Assembly (NCBI GenBank): GCA_964535035.1
Contig: CAZHRV010000144.1
Coordinates: 3,974 to 67,973, forward strand
Source of the DNA: an uncultured Rikenellaceae bacterium
GTDB taxonomy: Bacteria; Bacteroidota; Bacteroidia; Bacteroidales; VadinHA17
Length of the DNA: 64,000 nucleotides
Reading direction: 5' to 3'
The position numbers and the translations under genes were made by a program. This document shows, one piece after another, positions 29,838 through 38,863 of this stretch (its first letter is position 1; each line of letters opens with the position of its first letter). Under the pieces are notes generated by a model. It was not told the DNA's origin. It saw only the letters and a program-made list of their open reading frames with translations, and searched no databases.

Positions 29838-30028
29838 GTGTTTCCTTAATTATAAAATCAAAATTAATCATTAATGTGAGTAATATGATATTATTTACCT
29901 CTGATAAAACATTAAGAATATAAAAAATGAAAAGGAGCTGTTTACTAACAATTATTATTGTTGCATTTCCGGGAATTATAGTATTTGATATAACTCTGTA
30001 TAACTTAGTTTAATAATTATTTCGAATT

Positions 30029-31060
30029 TCAGTTAGAATATCTAAACGAGATATATTTACGCCATTTATCAATTACCTGCTGCATATCCTCAGGTAATTC
30101 AGAATCAAAAAACATTCTCTTGCCGGTTGCCGGGTGATCAAATGCCAGTGATTTTGCATGAAGTGCCTGGCGTGGAAGTATTTTAAAACAGTTTTTTATA
30201 AACTGCTGGTATTTGCTGAATGTTGTTCCTTTCAGGATCCTGTCTCCGCCATATTCATCATCATTGAAAAGAGGATGTCTGATACTGCTGAAATGAACTC
30301 TTATCTGGTGTGTCCGGCCGGTTTCGAGCTTACATTCGATAAGTGAAGTATAACCGAACTCCTCAATGATCTTATAATGTGTTATTGCCGGTTTTCCCTG
30401 GCTCTCGTCGGGGAACACCTGCATGATCTTCCTGTCGCGGATATTTCTTCCCACATTGCCTGTTATTGTGCCCTCCCGTGGATCGGGAGTACCCCAGACC
30501 AGTGCAATATACTTTCTGTCGGTGGTACGTTCATAGAATTGTTTTGATAGCTTGTTCAGGGCAAGCTCATTCTTTGCAATGACCAGAATACCTGATGTGT
30601 TCTTGTCAATTCTGTGAACAAGTCCCGGCCTCAGCTCTCCAGAGCTGAACAGAGGAAGATCCCTGAAATGCCACATGAGTGCATTGACCAGTGTGCCGCT
30701 ATAATTGCCGTAAGCAGGATGTACAACCATCCCCGGTTCCTTGTTTACAATAATAACATCATCATCCTCATAGACAATATTAAAAGGAATATTTTCGGGA
30801 ATCAGCTCAATTTCCCTGAGAGGATTCGGCAGTACTATCTGTACAATATCATCCGGCTTAACCTTGTAATTTGGTTTCACCGGTTTGTTGTTTACCAGTA
30901 TGTTGCCGGCATTGGCAGCATTTTGGATACGTGTCCTGGAAATATTTTCCATCCTGGCAGAGAGGTATTTGTCAATTCTGATAAGTGACTGGCCGGGATC
31001 AACCATGAACCTGTGATGTTCAAAGAGCTCCTGTTGTTCAACTAATTCCTCTTCAGCCAT
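30029..31060 (-). CDS. rluD: RluA-family 23S rRNA pseudouridine synthase (RluD-like) with an S4 domain
   Basis: 343-aa ORF with the catalytic HRIDKNTSG motif, an N-terminal S4-like RIDKYLS segment and GRTHQIRVH. Confidence 0.9.
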   Translation of the reverse strand: MAEEELVEQQELFEHHRFMVDPGQSLIRIDKYLSARMENISRTRIQNAANAGNILVNNKPVKPNYKVKPDDIVQIVLPNPLREIELIPENIPFNIVYEDDDVIIVNKEPGMVVHPAYGNYSGTLVNALMWHFRDLPLFSSGELRPGLVHRIDKNTSGILVIAKNELALNKLSKQFYERTTDRKYIALVWGTPDPREGTITGNVGRNIRDRKIMQVFPDESQGKPAITHYKIIEEFGYTSLIECKLETGRTHQIRVHFSSIRHPLFNDDEYGGDRILKGTTFSKYQQFIKNCFKILPRQALHAKSLAFDHPATGKRMFFDSELPEDMQQVIDKWRKYISFRYSN

Positions 31061-31069
31061 TTATAACGG

Positions 31070-32932
31070 TTACTTTGTTTTAACGAGACGATTATATCCC
31101 AATGATCTTCCATTATCGTGTGCAGTTATAATATACAGACCTTCACGCAATGATGATATATCGATTCTGTCTCCTCTCAATGGAACATTTATCAGTTCAC
31201 GTCCCTGGAGGTCGAAAATAGAAATATTAAGCAAACCGGCAGCCTGTGAATCACCGGGATCAATAATTATGAAGTCATTTGCAGGATTGGGCCAGAAACG
31301 CAGTATATTGTCATTCCTGTAACGCATGTCATTGACTGATGTAACAAGAGAAGGGCCCAAAACAGGTCTTATCATAACTGAGCCGGATATCTGTGAAGTA
31401 TTCCAATTGCCGTTGATCCAATAATACTGCCTGCCTTTATGAGGTGTGTTAATATCAAGTCCTGCATTGAGGAATGCATCTGATCTTTGTCTCCATCCAA
31501 CATAGAAAGTATTATCAACAGGGACGGAGACAGGAAATACGTACGTGTGAAATCCGTTAAGGTTATCAGTCAGTTTAACCATCACCTCTTCCTGTGTATA
31601 GAGGACATCTCCGGGACTATCGTCTGCATCATCCCAAACCATCAGGTCAAACAACCGCTGGTTGGAATTCATGTAACTGTCGTTGAAGCATATCTGAACA
31701 GCTCTTAGTGTGTCCTGTATGAATGACTTGAATCTGTAAGCCACCATTGCATTGTTTGATCCAAGTCCGTTAACACCGTATCCTCCCTCGGCTGATCCGT
31801 CATCAAAAGCGAAATAATTATTGAAATGCTGGTAATATACCATTGTGTCATTCACTTTAGGATCAAAATTATCGGTGATGAGCCAGCATTTTATCAGGAA
31901 CAATGCAGAGTCAGGATTTTCATTTTTAAATGTATAGATAAGTTCAGCTTTATAGTCAACAGCTGATGAAGGAAATATATCCATCGCTCCGGCAGTGAAT
32001 GACTTAGGAGGAGAAATATTGTAGAGATCCCATATTTCAAAGTTCCTGGTCACGTTTCTTATAATAATATCATTATTGCGATAATGAATGGTTATGGAAT
32101 CGCCCATTTCCTGATATTGAATTTCCTGGAATTGTTTCCACGGCATGGCCTCATATTTATTAAGAAGTGAACGCAAGGGGAGAGTAAAGGCCACATCAGC
32201 ATAGGTTGTATCGTCCGGCTCCCTGTTTTTGTCAAGCAGTACATAGTCAATATTCCACTGGTCACAATTCCCTATCAGTGAAAGGTCATTGAGGTTAGTA
32301 CTGAGGCTTGCATAGTTTATGAAACGGAACCTGAACCCTTTTTTTAAAAACCGGTCCTGGTCAATTCCTATTATCACCGATCTGAAATCCGGATAACTAT
32401 TTCCTTTACTTTTCCAAACAGAATACCATTTTCCTTCTTCAGGTGCATAATACTGGAGGGTGAGACTGTCGTTTTCTTCGGGTAAATCTGCCAATCCGCC
32501 GGCCTGATAACAGAAGCTGAGCCTTATGTTTTCGCCTGCAGGATAGTCCAGGTTGAGAGGATGTGAGGTAAGATGATCAGCTTCAAACTGAATAGATGAA
32601 GCAGTTTCATATAATTCTCCTGTGCTGTTAAGTGCATCAAAGGTGGCTACACCGGCTGTGATCTGTTTATCAGTATATGTATTATTAATAAAAACATAAA
32701 CATCCGACCATTTTGATGTGTCAGGTAAAAAAGACCGGCCCGAGAAATCATCAAAGAAGGGAAGTTCAAGGGTATCTCCGGCTGATGACTTGGATCCGGC
32801 ATAAAAAGGTTTGGCATTTTTCAGCAGTCTGTTGGTTTGCAGACCTGTAACAACCTCCTGGCTTTCAGCATGATTAATACATAAGCAAAACAGAATGATA
32901 TTTATTATTGATCTTTTTATCATATAAATCAA
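31070..32932 (-). CDS. Secreted protein of unknown function with a T9SS type-A C-terminal sorting domain
   Basis: 620-aa ORF with a signal peptide. The C-terminus FWPNPANDFIIID...ISIFDLQGRELINV...LREGLYIITA matches the Por secretion tail pattern. The start overlaps the stop of the upstream PASTA gene by 4 nt. Confidence 0.75.
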   Translation of the reverse strand: MIYMIKRSIINIILFCLCINHAESQEVVTGLQTNRLLKNAKPFYAGSKSSAGDTLELPFFDDFSGRSFLPDTSKWSDVYVFINNTYTDKQITAGVATFDALNSTGELYETASSIQFEADHLTSHPLNLDYPAGENIRLSFCYQAGGLADLPEENDSLTLQYYAPEEGKWYSVWKSKGNSYPDFRSVIIGIDQDRFLKKGFRFRFINYASLSTNLNDLSLIGNCDQWNIDYVLLDKNREPDDTTYADVAFTLPLRSLLNKYEAMPWKQFQEIQYQEMGDSITIHYRNNDIIIRNVTRNFEIWDLYNISPPKSFTAGAMDIFPSSAVDYKAELIYTFKNENPDSALFLIKCWLITDNFDPKVNDTMVYYQHFNNYFAFDDGSAEGGYGVNGLGSNNAMVAYRFKSFIQDTLRAVQICFNDSYMNSNQRLFDLMVWDDADDSPGDVLYTQEEVMVKLTDNLNGFHTYVFPVSVPVDNTFYVGWRQRSDAFLNAGLDINTPHKGRQYYWINGNWNTSQISGSVMIRPVLGPSLVTSVNDMRYRNDNILRFWPNPANDFIIIDPGDSQAAGLLNISIFDLQGRELINVPLRGDRIDISSLREGLYIITAHDNGRSLGYNRLVKTK

Positions 32933-33783
32933 ATAGCTGCTCCGGGAAAATATACGGCAGGGAGTGCCGTATCGGGCAAGGCCACCAGCGCCGAATCAAG
33001 AGGCAGTTTAAGAGAGTCCACTGTCAGCCAGAGATACATGGATGATCCGAATTGGATCGTTGCATCGTCCCTGTAATCAGGATTTTGCCTGTAAACGAAA
33101 GCATTTATTGTATCCTCGCTGGTGCGGACGGTATTATCAAAAATGTAAGTACCGAGATTCAGTGATGTTCCATTGATCCTGTCACGCGCGGGATCAAGTC
33201 TCATGCCAATAAGATCAGGTACTTTGGTTCTTTGATTGCTCAGGCCTTTCCCAAGCACCAGGTCAATAAAGGAGCCCTTCTGAAGGGAATCATTTGGTTC
33301 AATCTCCTTCCCGTTATACTGCTGAGCAAGTACAACATCAATTGAAAGATCAGGTTTATAGGTTTTTTTCCCCATTTCCAGACCTGCACTCTCTATTATT
33401 GCTTTTGCCTGCCTTAACGGCAAATTAATGAGGTCGGGCACCGCAACCATTTCTGGACGGAAAGCATTGATTGTCAGTATTATGTTCCTCCATTTTTTTA
33501 CTTTAAATCCGGGTTCGGGATTTTGTTCTGCCACACATCCGCGCGGAACAAGCGAGGTATAAACCGAATCAATGACCTGGTAGTTCATCTTACTTTTTTT
33601 TGCCAGTGCTTCAGTCTCCTCCATTGTTAAACCTGTAAAATCCGGAACAGGCCGTGCCTGGCCATGTCTTGTATAGAAATTCAGCCAGAGGAGTAATAGG
33701 AGAAGCGCTCCTATTGCAATAATTATGGCCAGGGCAAGATGTTTCAGGAATAGTTTACTGAAAATAAATTTCTTTAAGCTCAT
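32929..33783 (-). CDS. PASTA-domain membrane protein
   Basis: 284-aa ORF with an N-terminal TM segment (LALAIIIAIGALLLLLLWL) followed by three PASTA-like repeats (VPDFTGLT..., VPDLINLP..., VPDLIGMR...). Confidence 0.8.
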   Translation of the reverse strand: MSLKKFIFSKLFLKHLALAIIIAIGALLLLLLWLNFYTRHGQARPVPDFTGLTMEETEALAKKSKMNYQVIDSVYTSLVPRGCVAEQNPEPGFKVKKWRNIILTINAFRPEMVAVPDLINLPLRQAKAIIESAGLEMGKKTYKPDLSIDVVLAQQYNGKEIEPNDSLQKGSFIDLVLGKGLSNQRTKVPDLIGMRLDPARDRINGTSLNLGTYIFDNTVRTSEDTINAFVYRQNPDYRDDATIQFGSSMYLWLTVDSLKLPLDSALVALPDTALPAVYFPGAAI

Positions 33784-33833
33784 AGAGGCAGTTGTCCATT
33801 AGTGATAACGCAAATGTATTGATAAAATTATTG

Positions 33834-34934
33834 TTATAATCTATTGTATAATGAATCTCTTTCGACAGGTTCGAATCCGGCTTCGCTGATAAGATTTTTT
33901 ATCTCGGCAATTGTCATCACCGGATTTTGTTCCCCGGCTCCGGCCATGGAATATATTTTTGTGGTATCCTCAATTGTTCCGTCGAGGTCGTCAGCGCCGA
34001 ATAAAAGGCTTAACTGAGCAACATCTTTTCCTGTCATGGGCCAGTATGCTTTAATATGCGGTATATTATCGAGGTAGATCCTGGTAACGGCATAATTACG
34101 AAGATCTTCGATTGTGCTTACTTCACCAAGGTACGACATGATGTTGTTTTCCTTCTTGAATTTCAGCGGAATGAAAGCATTAAAACCGCCTGTTCTGTCC
34201 TGTAGTTTACGAAGCCTCTCTATATGATCGATCCTGTGTGAATAGCTTTCTATATGTCCGTAAAGCATTGTGGCATTGGATGGTATCCCTGTTTTATGAG
34301 CTGCCTCATGGATCGAAAGCCATGCTCCGGAGGATGTTTTTTCATCGCAGATCTGAGCCCTTATCTTTTCATCAAATATTTCGGCACCACCTCCTGGTAT
34401 TGAGCCGAGACCGCACTCTTTAAGCTTTTCAAGCCCCTCTTTAACTGTCATTCCGGTTTTTTTTATCATATAGTCGAGCTCTATGGCTGAAAATGCTTTT
34501 ACATGGAGTGAAGGTCGATGATTTTTAATTTTCCGGATCAGGCTGCAATAATAATGAAGATCGTGTAAGGGATGAACACCCCCGACGATATGGACCTCTG
34601 TAACATCTTTATTATCGAATCTTTTGATTATCTCCAGCATTTCCTCATGGGTGAATTCCCAGCTTTTCGGATCAGAGGCCGGTTTGTGATAAGAGCAGAA
34701 GCGACAGTTATATACGCATTTATTTGTTGGTTCAATGTGAAAATTCCGGTTGAAAAAGGCACTATTACTGTTGATTCTTCTCCTGACAATACCTGATAAC
34801 CAGCTGAGAAGAGACAGGTCGGCTTCGGTATAAAGAAGCAAACCCTCCCCGGGAGTAAGACGGGTTCCCGAAACAACTTTATCTGCTATATGCCTGACAT
34901 CGTGGTTGCTGATATTATCAAGAATTTCCTTCAT
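33834..34934 (-). CDS. Radical SAM enzyme of the MqnE/MqnC/CofH family (futalosine-route menaquinone biosynthesis-like)
   Basis: ORF 33834..34985 (GTG). ATG 34934 (MKEILDNI) is preferred. Contains FNRNFHIEPTNKCVYNCRFCSY with a CxxxCxxC cluster. Family-level call only; I cannot separate MqnC from MqnE by eye. Confidence 0.7.
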   Translation of the reverse strand: MKEILDNISNHDVRHIADKVVSGTRLTPGEGLLLYTEADLSLLSWLSGIVRRRINSNSAFFNRNFHIEPTNKCVYNCRFCSYHKPASDPKSWEFTHEEMLEIIKRFDNKDVTEVHIVGGVHPLHDLHYYCSLIRKIKNHRPSLHVKAFSAIELDYMIKKTGMTVKEGLEKLKECGLGSIPGGGAEIFDEKIRAQICDEKTSSGAWLSIHEAAHKTGIPSNATMLYGHIESYSHRIDHIERLRKLQDRTGGFNAFIPLKFKKENNIMSYLGEVSTIEDLRNYAVTRIYLDNIPHIKAYWPMTGKDVAQLSLLFGADDLDGTIEDTTKIYSMAGAGEQNPVMTIAEIKNLISEAGFEPVERDSLYNRL

Positions 34935-35012
34935 AGGATTTGGAGATGAGGCCAAAATTAACAAAAAAGGTGCCTTGTCTGGCACCTCTTTACTGTTATA
35001 ATTAATATGGTA

Positions 35013-35171
35013 TCAGCTTTTTGTTTTAAGTTCGGAGGAAACAGAGAGCTTTTTTCTCCCCTTTGCCCTTCGTGCATTTATTATTCTTCTTCCGTTATGT
35101 GTGGACATTCTTTCTCGGAATCCATGCTTGTTTGCCCTTTTTCTCCTTGATGGTTGAAATGTCCTTTTCAT
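35013..35171 (-). CDS. rpmH: 50S ribosomal protein L34
   Basis: Absent from the ORF track because it is under 60 aa. My translation of the minus strand is [52 protein letters not shown] (52 aa, ATG start, TGA stop), a textbook L34 sequence. Confidence 0.93.
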   Translation of the reverse strand: MKRTFQPSRRKRANKHGFRERMSTHNGRRIINARRAKGRKKLSVSSELKTKS

Positions 35172-35214
35172 CAGTTTATTATTTTATTGTCAGTACTTTT
35201 TTCAATTGAGATCG

Positions 35215-35222
35215 CAAAGATA
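35215..35222 (-). promoter_or_regulatory. -7 promoter box TATCTTTG upstream of rpmH
   Basis: The minus strand reads TATCTTTG, about 44 nt upstream of the rpmH ATG. Confidence 0.4.
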
Positions 35223-35271
35223 GAGCTTTTTTTAGATTTTAAAACCCCGGAAAATATTTTTTTCAGGATAA

Positions 35272-35895
35272 TCAGAGAGGCAGGTAAATGATTTTTTTTG
35301 TTTCAAAGAATTGCTCATTGAAGAATTCTTTAATATTCCAGACAGTGATTTTATCCATCAACGGCGCAAGTTCTTCTTTCATCTCTCCTCCCTTCAGGTA
35401 AATGATCCCGTTTTTCAGTGTGTTATTACTGTTCCTTAAAATGTTTTTTGTGGTCAGTTTTACAAACTGGTTGAATTGCGTAACTGCCCTGCCTGTAATA
35501 AAATCATATTTACCATCCTCATCTTCGGCTCTTTTTCTTACTGTTATTACATTTTCAAGATCAAGTTCATCAGCAATGGCAGATATTACCCTTGTCTTTT
35601 TCCCAACCGAATCGAGAAGAGTAAATTTGGATTCGGGAAACATTATGGCCAGGGGCATTCCGGGTAATCCCCCTCCTGAGCCCACATCAAGAATTCGGGT
35701 GCCTGATTTAAATGAGATGATCTTTGCAATTGACAATGAATGAAGTACATGATGAATGAAAAAATTATCCATATCTTTCCTCGAGATCACATTTATCATG
35801 CAGTTCCATTTTAAATAAAGGGGTTGCAGCAGGGAAATCCTCTCCTTCTGAAGGCATGATAGTGAAGGGAAATATCTGAATATAGCATCCGGCAT
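35272..35895 (-). CDS. rsmG: 16S rRNA (guanine527-N7)-methyltransferase
   Basis: 207-aa ORF with the SAM motif ILDVGSGGGLPGMPLAI and a GidB-like layout. Confidence 0.88.
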   Translation of the reverse strand: MPDAIFRYFPSLSCLQKERISLLQPLYLKWNCMINVISRKDMDNFFIHHVLHSLSIAKIISFKSGTRILDVGSGGGLPGMPLAIMFPESKFTLLDSVGKKTRVISAIADELDLENVITVRKRAEDEDGKYDFITGRAVTQFNQFVKLTTKNILRNSNNTLKNGIIYLKGGEMKEELAPLMDKITVWNIKEFFNEQFFETKKIIYLPL

Positions 35896-36491
35896 TACCT
35901 GTTGCCTGTTTTTACAAAAATATGGTATAGCAGGGTTTTTGCGCGGTATAACTGGGCTTTTACTGTTCCGAGAGGAACATTTAGCTCAGAAGCTATCTCC
36001 TCGTATGAATACTCCTTATAATACCTTAACTCAATTATTTCCCTGTAGGGCGATTTAAGCTGGTTGACAATATTCCTCAGTGTGGTTATTTTCTGTTCAT
36101 TAATGAGCGTTTCTTCGGGGTCGGGAAGATCGGACTGGATATTGTGTGTAAGATCATCTATAACCTCATTACCCTGGTCGAGAGGGATAGGGGAGGATTG
36201 TTTTTTTCTTACAAAATCGATGCAGTTATTGGTTGCGATCATGAAGAGCCATGTGCTGAAAGCATACCGGGGTGTATAGGAATCGATGTTCCTGAAGGCC
36301 TTTCCAAAAGCCTCAATTGTAAGATCTTCAGCGTCGGAAGGATTATTAACCATCTTAAGAAGCATATAATAGATGGAATCCCTGTACCGGTTCATAAGGC
36401 TTGCAAAAGCTTTTTCATTGCCCTTCTTTGCCTCTTCAACCATTATCAGATCATTTTTTGCCTTATCTGAAAGCCCCTGATTTATTTCCAT
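35895..36491 (-). CDS. ECF-type sigma-70 family RNA polymerase sigma factor
   Basis: 198-aa ORF with region 2 (YYMLLKMVNNPSDAEDLTIEAF...WLFMIATNNCIDFVRK) and a region 4 HTH (YSYEEIASELNVPLGTVKAQLYRAK). Confidence 0.85.
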   Translation of the reverse strand: MEINQGLSDKAKNDLIMVEEAKKGNEKAFASLMNRYRDSIYYMLLKMVNNPSDAEDLTIEAFGKAFRNIDSYTPRYAFSTWLFMIATNNCIDFVRKKQSSPIPLDQGNEVIDDLTHNIQSDLPDPEETLINEQKITTLRNIVNQLKSPYREIIELRYYKEYSYEEIASELNVPLGTVKAQLYRAKTLLYHIFVKTGNR

Positions 36492-37636
36492 TTGTTCTTG
36501 CCCGGTCTGGTGAGGATATTGCTTAAATAAATCGCACCGTTGATCACAGGTGAAAAGATATCAAAAAATAATGAAAATACTCCAATACCCGGCTCATTTA
36601 ATCTCTTCTGTGCCAGAGTTGTCACAATGGTTTGAATTATCAGCCTCAGGCCACAGATAATAAGTACATACTGCCAGAGAAAAAGGTTAGAAAGCAGAAT
36701 AATAAGTGAGACATAAAACAACACTCTGGTAAATGGTTCCATAATTAATCTTAACTTATCCCCCGGCTTGTAATAACGGGCTGTGATCATATGTCTTTTT
36801 TTCTGTTTCACCCATTCAGTAACTGAAGCGACAGGAACAGATCTTGTATGTGTCTCTTTTCTGAATTCTATGGTAGTATCGTTTTTACCGGCATTTGAGT
36901 TGACAAAAAGATCATCATCACCTGATATCACATGGTTATGTGATCCAAAGCCTTTTTTATTGAAAAACAGAGACCTCCGGTATGCAAGGTTTCTTCCTAC
37001 CCCCATGTAGGGAACTCCACGAATGGCCATACCGAGGTACTGCATGGCAATGGTCATGCTGTCGTATCGTATATACCTGTTTAACAGGCCTATTCTTTTA
37101 AAATATCCGCCATATCCAAGAACAAAGTTAATATGATCCTCGAATTGCGAGACTATTGTATCAAGCCATTTATCAGACTCAGGCTGACAATCTGCGTCGG
37201 TAAAGAGAAGGAGATCATTTTTGGCGGCTTTAATACCAATGAACTGTGCAAATCTTTTATTATGAGTGAATTTAGAATCCTTGTTCACATTGGATATCCT
37301 CAGATGCGGGTATTGCTTCAGAAAGCCGCCCAGTATATCATATGAATTATCTTCAGAACAATCGTTTACGACTATCACTTCATAATCAGGATAATCCTGT
37401 TTGAGAACTGATGGAAGGAATTCAGTGAGGTTCACCGATTCATTCCTTGCACAGATGATCACGGAAACAGGATTTTTAGAAACTTTTACTTCAGGATGTT
37501 TGTAAAGAATAACAGCAAGGTAATAATAAAGATAATAGAAAATCTGGATTGCTCCGGATAATAAAAACAACGAGAATACTATCAGTAAAAACAGATTTTC
37601 GTGGAACATCAGCTGACTTTCAAAATATTGCAGCAA
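36482..37636 (-). CDS. Membrane-embedded family 2 glycosyltransferase
   Basis: 384-aa ORF. VSVIICARNE...VIVVNDCSEDNS and FTDADC (DxD) motifs, with an N-terminal TM helix and C-terminal TM helices. Confidence 0.8.
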   Translation of the reverse strand: MLQYFESQLMFHENLFLLIVFSLFLLSGAIQIFYYLYYYLAVILYKHPEVKVSKNPVSVIICARNESVNLTEFLPSVLKQDYPDYEVIVVNDCSEDNSYDILGGFLKQYPHLRISNVNKDSKFTHNKRFAQFIGIKAAKNDLLLFTDADCQPESDKWLDTIVSQFEDHINFVLGYGGYFKRIGLLNRYIRYDSMTIAMQYLGMAIRGVPYMGVGRNLAYRRSLFFNKKGFGSHNHVISGDDDLFVNSNAGKNDTTIEFRKETHTRSVPVASVTEWVKQKKRHMITARYYKPGDKLRLIMEPFTRVLFYVSLIILLSNLFLWQYVLIICGLRLIIQTIVTTLAQKRLNEPGIGVFSLFFDIFSPVINGAIYLSNILTRPGKNKWK

Positions 37637-37703
37637 TATTAATTAAGATATTCGGAATGGAGAAAAAAAAGTGGTATAATTTCCTCAGGCCGAACGGATG
37701 AAT

Positions 37704-37711
37704 TACATTTG
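37704..37711 (+). promoter_or_regulatory. -7 promoter box TACATTTG upstream of tgt
   Basis: Matches TAnnTTTG, 25 nt upstream of ATG 37736. Confidence 0.4.
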
Positions 37712-37735
37712 TGCTGCCAGTAACGACCGGGTCAT

Positions 37736-38863
37736 ATGTTTAAAATTGAGAGCAGGGATAAGGAATCAAATGCAAGAGCAGGTATTCTGACAACTCACCA
37801 TGGAGATATTCCCACTCCGATATTCATACCGGTCGGTACAGGAGGGACCGTTAAGGGGATACTCCAGCGTGATCTTACAGAAGAGATTGATGCGAAGATC
37901 ATTCTTGCCAACACCTATCACCTCTATCTTCGTCCGGGAACGGATATAATAAAAGCTGCAGGAGGGCTGCATAAGTTTATGTCATGGGATCTTCCAATCC
38001 TTACTGACAGCGGGGGTTACCAGGTTTTTTCTCTTTCGGGCAACAGGAAACTTACTGAAAAAGGAGCAATCTTCAAATCTCATATTGACGGCTCTGAACA
38101 TATCTTCACTCCTGAGAATACCATTGATATACAAAGGATTATAGGTGCCGATATTATGATGGTCCTGGATGAATGCGCTCCTTTTCCGTGTGATCATAAA
38201 TATGCCGCCAAATCTGTTAAGCTTACTCATCACTGGCTCGACAGGGCAGTGGAGAGGTTTAGGACAACTGAACCTCTTTGGGGTGCTGAACAGGTACTTT
38301 TTCCGATAGTCCAGGGAGGAATTTTCGATGATCTGAGGAAAATTTCCGCGGAGAAGACAGCCCGGGCAGACATGGCGGGAAATGCCATTGGGGGATTGTC
38401 AGTCGGCGAACCCGCAGATGAGATGTACAGAACCATAGAAATAGTAAATGAGATACTTCCTGAAGATAAGCCCAGATACCTTATGGGAGTTGGCACACCG
38501 GTAAATATCCTTGAGGCAATCGAAAGAGGCGTCGATATGTTCGACTGCGTGATGCCGACACGAAACGGACGTAACGGAATGCTGTTCACATCGGAAGGGA
38601 TAATAAACATAAAAAACAATAAATGGAACGATGACTTCAGCCCCATAGATCCATCTGCTCCTTCTGAAGTGAGCATTAATTACTCCAAAGCATATCTCAG
38701 GCATCTCATCATCTCAGGAGAGATCCTTGGATCACAAATATCAAGTATACACAATCTGGCATTTTATTTGTGCCTGATAAGGGAAGCCAGGGAAAAAATA
38801 ATTACAGGGAATTTTAAAATATGGAAAGAGTCAATGATAAAAAAGCTTTCTGCGAGGTTATAG
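37736..38863 (+). CDS. tgt: Queuine tRNA-ribosyltransferase (tRNA-guanine transglycosylase)
   Basis: 375-aa ORF with TPIFIPVGT, LTDSGGYQVFSL, GGLSVGEP, RYLMGVG and a CVMPTRNGRNG zinc site. Confidence 0.95.
   Translation: MFKIESRDKESNARAGILTTHHGDIPTPIFIPVGTGGTVKGILQRDLTEEIDAKIILANTYHLYLRPGTDIIKAAGGLHKFMSWDLPILTDSGGYQVFSLSGNRKLTEKGAIFKSHIDGSEHIFTPENTIDIQRIIGADIMMVLDECAPFPCDHKYAAKSVKLTHHWLDRAVERFRTTEPLWGAEQVLFPIVQGGIFDDLRKISAEKTARADMAGNAIGGLSVGEPADEMYRTIEIVNEILPEDKPRYLMGVGTPVNILEAIERGVDMFDCVMPTRNGRNGMLFTSEGIINIKNNKWNDDFSPIDPSAPSEVSINYSKAYLRHLIISGEILGSQISSIHNLAFYLCLIREAREKIITGNFKIWKESMIKKLSARL

Noticed and set aside
33868-33878. GGTTCGAATCC, the canonical tRNA T-loop string
   Set aside because: It lies inside the radical SAM CDS, where the minus strand encodes ...EAGFEPVE.... 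The flanking bases do not form a T-stem (CAGG against CCGG has a mismatch), and no acceptor or anticodon arms are present.
38230-38676. 148-aa and 101-aa antisense ORFs inside tgt
   Set aside because: tgt is unambiguous on the plus strand, and the antisense products are Ser/Pro-rich nonsense.
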